A stretch of DNA of 64,000 nt from Octopus bimaculoides (lineage: Eukaryota). Position numbers and translations under genes: made by a program. Location of the stretch: NCBI RefSeq assembly GCF_001194135.2, contig NC_068987.1, forward strand, positions 2,985,234 through 3,049,233, in the 5' to 3' direction. The first letter of the stretch is position 1. Every line of letters begins with the position of its first letter. Below the pieces are notes generated by a model that did no database searches, had not been told where the DNA came from, and was given only the letters and a program-made list of their open reading frames with translations. Below are positions 29,301 through 42,035 of the stretch, piece after piece.

Positions 29301-32300
29301 TCATGTGTCTTTGCATGTTTCATTTGGATTTGTGTGTGTGTGTGCATGTTATGTGGCCAGTGTCTATGTCTACCTACATGTGTGCATAGGGAGCATTTGG
29401 TATGAGACGATTGTATATGAGGAGATATATGTATATGTTGATCAAGTTGTGTCTGGTATGAAATATCTAGTTGGCATGTAGAAGATTATAGAGGAGTTGA
29501 GGGTTGTCATTAAGGCCCATTGTCAAAAACGGTATCCAGCTGTAAGAACAAATACTCCTATAAGCTGTACGTCGTCACCTGCTGACATTGAAAGGTGAAA
29601 GTATAAAACAGTATGGGAGAATAAAGAAAGAGACTATCTTACTGATTTGTTTCTTTATTCTTTTAAAGGTGGGACATTGTTTGAATTATTACAGAGCCGT
29701 AATGGACAACTTTTGGATGAAGAGGTCAGTATTTCTGTTTTTAACTTTTCCTTGTAATTTATAAAAGTGTTTGTCTTCTCATATTAACATGGACTGGGTG
29801 AATCTGATGGTATCTCTGCTTGTCTGACAGAAGAGTACTTCTATGTGTGAAGGCATGTGGCCTTGTAGTTAGAGTGTTGGATTTGTTATCATATGGATAT
29901 GAGTTCCGTTCCTTGACCAGGCAGTTCATTGTGTCCTTGAGCAAAGTACTTCATTTCCATTACTTCAGTTTGCCCGGCTGAATACTGGAACACCCCTCTG
30001 TCTCTCAGACTATCAACTTTCTGATGTCTCACAGGGTCAGCAATATCGAAGGGCTGAGAAGGTGTCCACATCTACTTGCAACTACATAAACATCTCGAAT
30101 CATCTCAAACATTCAAATAAATCAGTGTTCATTATGAGCGATGTCAATGATTGCTTGACTCTCTCTCTCTCTCTCTCTCTCCCCCCCCCCCNNNNNNNNN
30201 NNNNNNNNNNNNNNNNNNNNNNNNNNNNNNNNNNNNNNNNNNNNNNNNNNNNNNNNNNNNNNNNNNNNNNNNNNNNNNNNNNNNNNNNNNNNNNNNNNNN
30301 NNNNNNNNNNNNNNNNNNNNNNNNNNNNNNNNNNNNNNNNNNNNNNNNNNNNNNNNNNNNNNNNNNNNNNNNNNNNNNNNNNNNNNNNNNNNNNNNNNNN
30401 NNNNNNNNNNNNNNNNNNNNNNNNNNNNNNNNNNNNNNNNNNNNNNNNNNNNNNNNNNNNNNNNNNNNNNNNNNNNNNNNNNNNNNNNNNNNNNNNNNNN
30501 NNNNNNNNNNNNNNNNNNNNNNNNNNNNNNNNNNNNNNNNNNNNNNNNNNNNNNNNNNNCTCTTGTCGCAGAGATTTCCCAACTTTCCCCTGTTCCAGTT
30601 ATTATCACACACCCCCGCCACACACACTCACATGCATGCAGCCCCTTAGTATTAACTGACTACATTTAGTGGTGGTCACTGCTAATTGAACTTGTATTGC
30701 TCACACACCATCTTTCTAAGGTGTCAAGCTGGCAGAAACGTTAGCACACCAGGTGAAATGCTTTGTGGTATTTCGTCTATCTTTATGTTCTGAGTTCAAA
30801 TTCTGCCAAGGTCGACTTTGCCTTTCATCCTTTCAGGGTTGATAAATTAAGTACCAGTTGTGTACTGGAGTCAATCTAATTGACTGGTCCCCTCCCCAAA
30901 AATTTCAGGCCTTGTGCCTAAGTAGAAAAGACACCATCTCTCTGAAGAGCATCTCAGGCTGTTAGAGTTTCTTGAGCAAGGAAGACTTTTCCAAATTATG
31001 CTTATGGTAGGGTTGAACTCAGCACTACAAGTACAAGTCCCTCCATCACATTCTAACCTCTCATCACCCAACACAAAGCCACCTCCCTCAAGACTGTCCC
31101 ACCCACTCTCAACTGAGTGGAGTCTTGTCTTGTAAGTTACGTGGTAAACTCACTGGTGCTAGTGTCAGATAAAGGCACCCAGTCCACTCTGGAAGGTGGT
31201 TGGCATTAGGAAGGACACCCAACTGTACAAACCAGGACAAAGCAGACAGCAGAGCTTGGTGTAGCCCTCTGGGTTGCCGGCCCCTCTCAATCCATCCAAC
31301 CTCTGGGAGACAAATGTGAAATTGGGATTGGAAAATGTCTGTAAATCTGTTTGTTTTTATTTTTCCTTCACACAGGTCATCCTGCATTACTTTGCTCAGA
31401 TGCTGTTGTCTCTTCAACATGTTGACTCCAAGCAAATTCTTCATCGAGACCTCAAGACACAGAACATACTCCTAGATAAAAAGAAACAGATTGTCAAAAT
31501 CGGAGACTTTGGCATTTCCAAAGTTCTTAGCAGCAAAAGTAAAGCTTATACGGTAAGACTAGTTGTATGGAAGGAAAAGGAATGAAAGCATTGGGGATGA
31601 GAGAACAAAAATGATAATAAAGGACCATTTTGTGTGTGTGTGTATGGGTGGGTGGTGGTGGTGGCTGATTTATGGCTGAATGAAGATTAGAGGTGAGATG
31701 GAATCAGAGAAGAGTTTAAAATGAGGAATTTTGAAAAATTATAGATGAAAATTTTGTCTCAGAGTTGTAGAAAATGTGGTAATGTGGAATAAAATCTAGC
31801 GAACAGTGTTGTGTTAGATATAAGTGAACACTAGAAAATTACTATTTGTAAATCTCAATGAGAGATATTCAGCAACAGTACTTTGGAGTAAAGATTGTTT
31901 GCCAACATAACATGGCAGTCCTGGTTTAGGATGAATGTTGCTGTAACTTAGCCCCAGGAGACATTGTCTCCAGCTGGCTTTAGGACACGATCTGTGTCCT
32001 TATATTTTCAAACAAGGGAATCTAGCACCCCCACTCAGTCCTAAACCAGGACCGCCATGTTATGTTGGCAAATAATCTTTACTCCAAACATTATGCCTGA
32101 ATAAAAGATGGGATAGTCAAGGTTGGATTGTCTTTTATCATATCTGCTCCATGAGGGCTGACCTGAAGGCTCTAGAACAACTACTTCTACTGCTTTTACT
32201 AATACTACTACTACTGTGGCTGTTGCCACTACTACAACATTACCTCCAGAAAAGTATTATTAACTATTAACTGGAGAATCACAAAGGTTAAGACAAGAAA

Positions 32301-34802
32301 TAGGAAGTTGTGAAGTTCATGTCAGCTTCTAAGTGAAGGTTTGTGCCATAGAGGTTGGAGCGAAAGGTTTTGTGGAAAATCTGCTTGTGATCTTCTGAAA
32401 CATCTCTCTTGAAAGAACAAGACCAAAGCCTTAAAGGTAATATCAGAGACATCAGAGAAATGCTCCAGCTGGATCTGGTTGAGGTAGAACAAAGACAAGC
32501 TCAATGCCTGTTGAAGGCAATGTTTTTGTATTTCGGTGCTAAAGGAAATAACTGTGAGGGAGTCGTTGCCATGGCGTCGACGTTTCACTGCTACCATGAC
32601 AACCAGCGTTATTTCTTTGGGAACTGAATCAACAGAGAGGAGTTCCAACTTGATGAAAACCTCCAAACAGTTTAAATACACGGGTCTCCAGTATCCAAGT
32701 AGCCAAAAAGTATCAACAGAAGGGCAGCCAAGAGTCGTGGACTGGACCCCTTAGAATGTAAGAAATTAAGGGGCAAAACACCTGCCCGAGCAGGGGTTCT
32801 TCTCCGAAGACCTTCTGCTGTTCAGCTCTCTTGAGAGTTTCTTACCACAAGTTGGAAATTTCAATCACAAACATTCCTGAGTTATTTCCCTTGTAACTTT
32901 CCACGCGCGTCTTGCCACTCAATTTTTGTGTCTTTCAGAATAGACACGGAGATGTAGCTGTGTAGTTAGGACGATCACTTTACATCCACATGGTCGTTGG
33001 TTCAGTCCCCCTGCGCAGCATATTGGACAGATGTTTTCTACTACAGCCTTTGGCTGACCAATGCCTTGTGAATTCATTTGGTCCACAGAAACTGTGTGGA
33101 AGCCTATCATATGTGTGTGTTTATTTGGGCCCACTATTGCTTGACAACCAGTGTTGGTTTGTTGATGTCTGCGTAACTTAGTGGTTCTGCAAGAGGACAA
33201 TTAACACAAATAACATTACAAGAAATCCTAAAACATCCTTATACATACGATAAAATAACTCCCAGTTATTAAAAAAAGCAAGTGCTGGCATTGATTTGTT
33301 CAAATAAACTCTTTGAGGTAATGCTCCAGCATGGCAACAGCAGTCAAATGATTGAGAAAAAGTTAAATATAATCGATAAAGATATAAAATGCATTTTCCT
33401 GTTGATCACAATGGTGGATTGCTGGATGTCGTTGGTTGAGTCTGATTATTTCTCTCCTGCCAGAAATAATTAATTTAGTGCTAACGCATCAAATTTGAAA
33501 TAATTATGGAGGTATGGGCGTGGTTGAGTGGTTAAGAAGTTTGCTTCCCAACCACATGGTTTTGGGTTCAGTCCCAATGTGGGGCACCTTGGGCAAATGT
33601 CTTCTATTCATAACCCCAGAATGGATTTGGTAAACGAGACGGAAAAAAGCTTGTTCTGTGTGTGTGTATGTGTATATATAACTGTTTAACTTGTTTCAGT
33701 CATTTGACTGTGACCATGCTGGAGCACCGCCTTTAGTTGAGCAAATCGACCCCAGAACTTATTCTTTGTAAGCCTAATACTTATTCTATTGGTCACTGTT
33801 GCTGAACCGCTATGTTACGGGGACGTAAACACACCAGCGTCGGGTGTCAAGTAATGTTGGGGGAACAAACACAGACACACAAATACATACACACACACAT
33901 ATACAACAATCTTCTTTCAGTTTCCACCTACCAAATCCACTCACAACGGTTTGGTCAACCTGAGGCTGTTGTAGAAGACACTTGCCCAAGATGCCATGGG
34001 TGGGACTGAACTCAGAACCCTATGGCTGGGAAGCAAACTTCTTACCACACAGCCACGCCTATGCCTGTGTGTTAATATCTCCTTGTCTTGGCATCATGTA
34101 ATTGTTGTAAATGAGCATCACTGTCATACAGGTTGTGGCCTTCATTTCCAATCTTCCATGAAAATATTTCAAGCCACAGGGAAATATAACCTTACTCAGA
34201 AAGAGTTGAGGGTTGGCAACAGGAATCAGAAGGGCCTGTGGTTATAGAATGAATCTCCATCTGACCCATACAAGCATGGAAAAGTGGACATTAAAATGAT
34301 GATGATGATGATGTGTTAAAGAAAGGACAACATCATTATCTGAATGGCTTAGAGTAGTTTGGTAAGAAAGGGAAACAACTGAGACATGTTTCAGCTGTAT
34401 TAAACCTCATAAGTGAAGTGCTTCTTCTACTGTTCTTGCTAAAGTATAAATCTATTTATTCTAAGTGTTTTAATTTTTCACACCTTCTCTCATATAACAT
34501 TGTTCCTCTCTCGTTAGTGAAGCTCTCATCATTACATTAGCAACTAGAGCGACACCTATGCCTAATTAAAACATGTCCACATCTCTTTCTATATTTGCTG
34601 AAATAATTAAAATAACATCAATCAATAGACTGACATTGTCTTTTCCTCACCACATAATTATTTCCAACTAGAATCGTTACATTAAATATGTTAACACAAA
34701 CTTAACTATTATTATTCCATGCTGATGATGTCTCTGAGTTATTAACAGTGGTTTATTGATATCCAATATGTTAAAAACAAATTCACAAACACAAATTTCC
34801 AG

Positions 34803-34835
<33 letters not shown>

Positions 34836-37800
34836 TGTGAGACACATTACCTTTTACCAAAGCTTCTCTCTTCCAGGTTGTTGGTACCCCGTGTTACCTG
34901 TCTCCCGAACTCTGTTCTGGAATGCCGTATCCTTTGTTTCAAATATCACAAAACATCCCACTTCTGTTGTCGTTCACCAACACACAATTTTGGTGTGTTT
35001 TGCTTTTATAATATTCTTTGTTTTCAAGGCAAAGATCTGCCAGAATCGTTGTCATGCTGGGTAAAATGCTAAGCGTCATTTCGTCTGTTTTTATGTTCTG
35101 AGTTCAAATTCCATCGAGGTCAGCTTTGCTTGTCATCCTTTCAAACTTGATAAAAACAAGTACCTGTAATATACTGAGGTTCAATGTAAGGATTTGCTCC
35201 TTCCACCAAAATTTGAAACCAATATTCTTTCTGTTTTCTACCAGATTAGTTTATCACTAATCTCTATCACATGTCACAGTCAATAAATATTTTTCCCAGA
35301 TTTCTAGCAATGTGCTGTCCTTGAGAAGACCTCCCAAGCCAAGTGAAATCGTAGTCGTGGCTGATGGTAGTGTCATGTAAGTGGTATTTAAAAAGCACAT
35401 TTCAAGTGTCGGACCTCATGGAGGCAAAGCAACTGATGCCGGTGGCACGTGAAAAGCTACTTTTGAATATTGGGCCTCACAGAGGCAATGACCAAGACCT
35501 TTGGCATTATGTCATGCTTGAGAGGCTAAGTCAATTACATGGCCCCAGTATGCAACCGGTACTTATTTTATAGACCCCCCACCCCAAGGATGAAAGACAA
35601 AGTTACCCTTGGCAGAATTTGGACACAGATGCTGCTAAGTGTTTTACCTGACATGCTAACGATTCTGCCAGTTTGCCACCTTAATTACTAATAACAGCTA
35701 GAATTACAAAACGGTTAGGGGGTCATGTTAGGGGTCACGTATTTACTGGACCTAAAATTACTGACCTAGAAACGTGTTTCCTATTCTGTTATTCCTTAAC
35801 CAATTACAAAGATATAACCAAAAAAGTGACATCTGGGCTCTTGGTTGTGTTCTTTATGAAATGGTTACTCTGAAACGAGCCTTCGAAGCATCGGTAAGTA
35901 ACAATTTTTTAGTTAACCTCAACAATTGGCCAACATTTTTATTTCCAGAAAATATCACGGTAGTAAACACCAATTGATTTTCACCTCTTCTCGACTGTCA
36001 TCTCTTGACCTTTCACCTTTCAACCTTCATCTTTTAACCTTCAACTTCTTAATCTTTAATATTCATCTCTTAATCCTCTCCTTTAATCCCAGTTTCTTTC
36101 TACATTGTTTACTTTTACATTTATAACATAATAAACATTATAAATTGGTTAAAAATGGTAATTATTTAGCCCCACAAGCACTTCAGCAGTGGCTGAGGAT
36201 TGAACCAGATACTTCAGTTTGTTATTCAACATCTTGTTTGGATTCACTCACACTGCATCGATCGTCGCACAGAGTACCAAGGGTCACGACCAGGGGTGCC
36301 GGTTCTGGCACCTGCATTCGACAAGTCAACTACAGAACCAAACTCAAAATCGAAATTTGCCAGATGCAAGCATCCTGTTAAAGTATCGACTTTCAATGGA
36401 AGAACTTTTGGGATGTTAAATAATGCTGTTGATGATGAATCCATTATCCAGTGGTATTGGACACTATAATCTCCAGTTTGAGACAAAAAAGAGAGGAAAA
36501 TACACTCCTGATACAATCTGTAGCATCGATAAATTCAGGAACAATTTAAAATGTCTTCTGCTTTACACTGATATTCCTTGACTGGAATGGTTTATTTGTT
36601 GGATAAAATGTTCTCCTTTCAGACAAAGAACATCCCTGAAATGTTAGATTCCTCTCCTCTTCGCAGCATGCAACCTTATTGAAACTCATAAGCTGTCTAT
36701 TTATCTGTCTATCTATTGATCTGCTGTCTATTTATCTGTCTATCTATTGATCTGCTGTCTATGATCTGTCTATCTATGTGTCTATCTGTCTATCTATCTA
36801 TCTATTGATCTGTCTATCTATGTGTGTCTATTTGTCTATCTATCTATTTGCCTCTCTGCCTATTTATCTCTCTATTTTTTTTTCAATTTGCCTATCTATC
36901 TGTCTATCTATCCTCTTATGTACCTCACTATCTGTTTGCTTATTTTATAAGTGTATCTATGTAATTATTTACTGACCAAATTGTCTGCCTGTTTATTTGT
37001 CTCCTTGTCTATCTGTCTATTTATGTCTATTTGTCTCTCTGCCTATTTATCTATCTGTTTATTTATCTGCCTATTCATCAATTTGTCTATCTACCTATTT
37101 ACCATCTCTCCCAGAATCTTCCAGCTTTGATCATCAAAATTGTTGGAGGAACCTTTGAACCAATTCCTGATATTTACAGTGAAGAATCGCGATCACTCAT
37201 TCTAAGCATGCTTCACCGAGATCCTAGCAGACGACCAACCATAAACCAGATTATCACACAACCTCGAATTATTAATCATGTTCTCTATCTTTATACTGAC
37301 TGGGGCAAAATTCCATCAACCAGGTTTGTAAACTTTTTGTTCGTTTTATGGATTGTTAAGTTCTATCATCATCATCATCATCATCATTATTTCATCATCA
37401 TCATCTTCATCATTGTCATCGTCATCATCATCACCAGCAATACTGCAATATTGGTGAACTGGCTTCATCTGTCTTTACATTTTGAGTTCAAATTCCGCTG
37501 AGGTCGACTTTGCCTTTCATCCGTTCGAGCTCGAAAAATTAAGTACCAGCTGTGTACTGGGGCCGATCTAATTGACTGGCTCCTTCCCCAAAAATTTTGG
37601 GCCTTGTGCCTAGAGTAGAAAAGAATATTGGTGAACTGGTATTTAGGTTGTACTAGCAGGGAGTTCTAGGGGACAGCATGCATGACCCACACCCAGCTTA
37701 GTGAGATTGAGGCAGCTGATGTTTTGTTTTTGAATTCCTGTCAATCAGATGTCTTCAGGTCCAATGTGAAAAATAAGGTGCTAAGGTTTCCCGAGGGATG

Positions 37801-39334
37801 CAGCGTAGCGCTCAGGTGAAGAAGGACACGTAAAGTGTTTATGTAGCGGATCTGGGAAGTGAGAGTAAGGGAAGCAGAGAGATGTGGAGGAGACGGTGTA
37901 CAAGTTGGGAAGGGGTAAAGGATATTTTGTAGTTGTGGGGGGAAAAAGGGGAAAGACTGAGTAAAGTAGCCTGAGAAAGATTGGGAAGGGGAAGCAGTTT
38001 GCATATATAATCATGAAGTCATCATCATCATCATCATCGTTTAATGTCCATCTTCCATGCATGTATGGGTAGGACGGTTCACAGGAGTCGGCCAGGTGGA
38101 AAAACTACCCTAGGCTACTGTGTCTGTTTTGGCAGGGATTTTACGGCTGGATGCCCTTCCTAACACCAACCATTCCGCAGAATGGACTCAGTGCTTTTTA
38201 CGTGGCACTAGCACAGGCAGTGTTAGTTTTGGCAAGATTTTTACAGGGTAGTGCTATTTGAAAAGATCCTGGTACAGAAAGCTTGTAAGCATCAAGCACT
38301 TACACAGCTTGTGTAGATGACAAAAAGCAGATAATATGTGATAAAGAAAGTTTAATAACTGTCCTCTCTTATATACTTTGTCCCATTTCAAAATCAATGC
38401 AAATTTCAATAAAGTGACAGCTACCATACAACTTACAGTTTAGCAACAAAACTTGCTAAGTATGTGAATATAAATCAGAATGTAAGGAACGGAAAAGGTA
38501 AATAAAGACTACATATGTTTCAAAGTTAAACTTTATATGTCTTACATAACTCATAACACATACAAAAACGGTTTAGTTAATCCTCAGGTTCAATTACCTT
38601 CAGTTGTTTATATCATTGCATAGAGAAGAGTGAACAATTCCCTAATTTGGCTACAGTAAAATGGTAAGTGGAAAAAGTTATTCAGTTGCTGCAACTATTT
38701 GAGAGCTGAATCCGTACATATTTCATCTTCTCTTTTGAGCTCCCAGTTACCTCCCCCTCTCCCAAAAACCACTTCCTTTTAAACTCCATCTCTTATTTTC
38801 ATTATCATCCTTTCCCATACTACTTTCCACCATTTACCTCTTTCTTGTGCCTTCAATCGTCTCTCCCTTCCTTCTGAGCTGTCTTGCATGTTACTTAGCG
38901 GCCTCTGGTGTCCATTTTAGTGGTCTGCCAAAATGGAGCTGGTAAGGCCAAGAGCCACACCAGGCACTTTCGTCTGTTCTCGCATGGTTTCTATGGCCGG
39001 ACGCTCTTCCTAATGCCAACCACTTTACAGAGTGTACTGGGTGCTTCTTATGGGGCACCAGCTCTGAGTCTAACAACCACAGCAATAACAATACCATGTG
39101 TTGTCTATCTACCAGGGTACAAAGACCATTGTCCAGTATTCAGCCTTCAGCACGGAACAGACAGTCAGTGAGAGGAGGCAATAATATAACAAACAGAGGT
39201 ATGTCTGATAATGTCTTCCATTCTACTTGATTGAGCGACCCCATAACTGCTCCCTGTTGGCTCATAGTGAAATGGTAGTGATTGTACTGTTTATAGTATA
39301 GTAGTAGTACTAGCGGTGAGGGTCATGTATGTTG

Positions 39335-39366
<32 letters not shown>

Positions 39367-39457
39367 GGTAGAAGTGGTTGCTATGGTGATGGGGAATCTG
39401 CAGAGATTGTGGTGGTGGAAGTTGTAGTTGTAGCAATATTAATATTGTCACTTGTTG

Positions 39458-39489
<32 letters not shown>

Positions 39490-41985
39490 GGTAGAAGTGG
39501 TTGCTATGGTGATNNNNNNNNNNCTGTTTGTCTGTCTGCCTGCCTGCCTGTTTGTCTGTCTGCCTGCCTGCCTGTTTGTCTGTCTGCCTGCCTGCCTGTT
39601 TGTCTGATCCTACTGTGTTGTTACATCAATATTGATATCAGCCATGATAAATATTTGGAAGATGTTTATATCAAAAGTTGTTGTCATATCATTAATAACG
39701 ATCAACCATTTCTTAGGATTGCTAAAGAAAACCACCACCACCACCACACACACATACACCACCACCATCACCTTATTGAATATCAACAGTTGTCACTAGT
39801 CATTGTGAGTCAATTAAAGGTTGCTTGTGTTGTTGTTGTTGTTGAAATAAAAGACATGGTTCCATGTATTTAGATTCATGTGGGGCAGTAACAGAATGAT
39901 TGTTAATGGAGAGGAAATAGATGTATTGATGTTTTTTCAGGATTCAATAAAGGCCCAACTTCATAAATCTATTTTTACAATATTGTTGCATTTATTACAA
40001 TCAACTTATCTAATGGCAATTAATAAGAAGAATAGACGAAGAACAAGTAATAAAATGATTTTATTCAAGACTGGTTGTGGGAAGGTTTGCATTGTTCTTA
40101 TATGTTGAGATACAATTATTAAAAATGTTACAGCAGCTGTGAGTACAGAGAACCATATTGCAGGAACAGGACATTTTAATGTTGTGTCAGGGACACAGGA
40201 AGTCAAGTTACTATCTTGCTCTGACAAAAGACTTTATCCTTAATCTTAAATATTTTCTCTTCCTGACATCAAACTTATTTCATTCAGTCAACAAACTTTT
40301 TCTACTTCTTACTTTTGTGAACATTGACCATTGTTCAGTTTCCTTCGATTCAACTGTAAAAGCCAGGAAGATGTGGGATTGTTGCTCTAGAAATATTTTT
40401 TTTGATAAAGTGAAAATAGATTTGTCGAAAGATACATTAAATATTTTGTGATTGTTCTGGTTGTTTGTTTGTTTATTAAGATACTCTCTCAGAGAAAGCT
40501 CAGGCTGCGAGTTGTGTGTATTATTGGGGAGGTGGCATTCCACAACCACTGAAATTAACTCTGCCAAGTTGTGACACCCAAGTTATTCAAGTGGCAGCAG
40601 GAAGAACGCAGAAAGCCGCTGTCACTAAAAGTGGTCGATTATTTGTTTGGGAGGTAAGGTTTATTATAAACATTTAGCATGGTACAACTGGTAGTTTCTC
40701 AATGTCAACAGCCTGCTGACATTTCATTATGATTATGATTATTATTATTATTATTATTATTATTAACACTAACAAAGGCAGTGAGCTGCCAGAATGGTTA
40801 GCATGTTGTGCCAAATGCTTAGCGGCATTTCATCCATCTTTATGCTCTTGTGGTGAATGAGGGAGATTAGAAGTAAGACACCTACCTTCTCTTCATTGAC
40901 GCAGTCCTCTCTGGTGGTAATGCACCCTTCCACGTGACCCAACCAGAACACTAAAAATAGCAGCTGCTGTCCCTCACCTTGTTGAAGCGCTCACACGTCC
41001 AGCGCTCTCGGTTACCCTGATCAAAAGGCCCAATCGTCCCCTGCCTGCCCTTGCTCTTCTGGTCAGTTCCCCAGCTACTGATGTCATCCCACAGTTCTGA
41101 GTTCAAATTCTGCCGAGGTCAACGTTGCCTTTCAACCTCTCGGAGTCAATAACATAATGCCAGCTGAGCACTGAGGTCAATGTAATCGACCTGGAAATTG
41201 CTGGCGTTGTGCCAAGATTTAAAAGCATTATTAACACTAACACTTTTACCTCCCCCCCACACACACACATAACCTCCTACACTCCTTATCATTTTCTTAG
41301 AATTCAATATATTTTCAAACACCATTCTTGCTTTACTTTGAGGAGACACCTTGAAAGATTAAGTTGTTTATTTACTCAAACTTGAAACTAATTTATCTTA
41401 ACAAATCTCCATTAATCACCAGAAACGATTTCTTTATCAACTACAAAAGTAAAACACTAAAAAAGAACTATTTCCCTTCCTCCCAAAATTTCCTCACTTT
41501 TAAATAATTCAGTTATGTTTTTCGTGGACCCTTATCGCTACAATACCACACCATACTGTTACTCTACTGTGAACAGATCTCTGACTATTTCATCCATGAG
41601 CATTCCATTTGTTTGATCTCAACTGAATGAGATAGCATCAAAGTGGTTGAGTATTCCACAGTTACCTGTGTACCTTAATGTAATCCTCAGGTAGAATCAG
41701 TGGGACCAGACCCTTGAATTACAGCTACAGGTTCCTTAAATCTTATCTCAACCAAGAGCAGGGATTGAACCAGGGCCACAATCATTTCACCATACTTGCT
41801 ATATTAATTCTATTCCATAAGATTATTCTACTTCACTAATATACACTAAAACAATACTATACAATAACTCTACTGTATTATAACTCTACTACTATACTGT
41901 ACTATACCAGTGCTTCCTAAACTGGGTTCCGTGACCCCTGGCAGTCTGCAGAGGTAGTACTAGGGGTCCATAAACTAAATTCAAA

Positions 41986-42035
<50 letters not shown>

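Noticed and set aside
31415-31432. HVDSKQ instead of the usual HVHSK before HRD as a sign of a dead kinase
   Set aside because: The catalytic Lys (IIKQ), HRDLKxxN, DFG and SPE are intact, and a single substitution outside the catalytic loop is uninformative
32565-32603. Two X-box-like motifs (GTTGCCATGGCGTC, GCTACCATGACAAC)
   Set aside because: Both mismatch the consensus and lie in probable retroelement sequence, where they form hairpin arms
39335-39513. Duplicated (GTT)(GGT)-gtagaagtggttgctatggtgat block next to a 10-N gap
   Set aside because: Likely a contig-overlap artefact or simple-repeat slippage
41909-41985. hAT/Charlie-like terminus CAGTGCTTCCTAAACTGGG
   Set aside because: No matching opposite end or TSD found; too little to call an element
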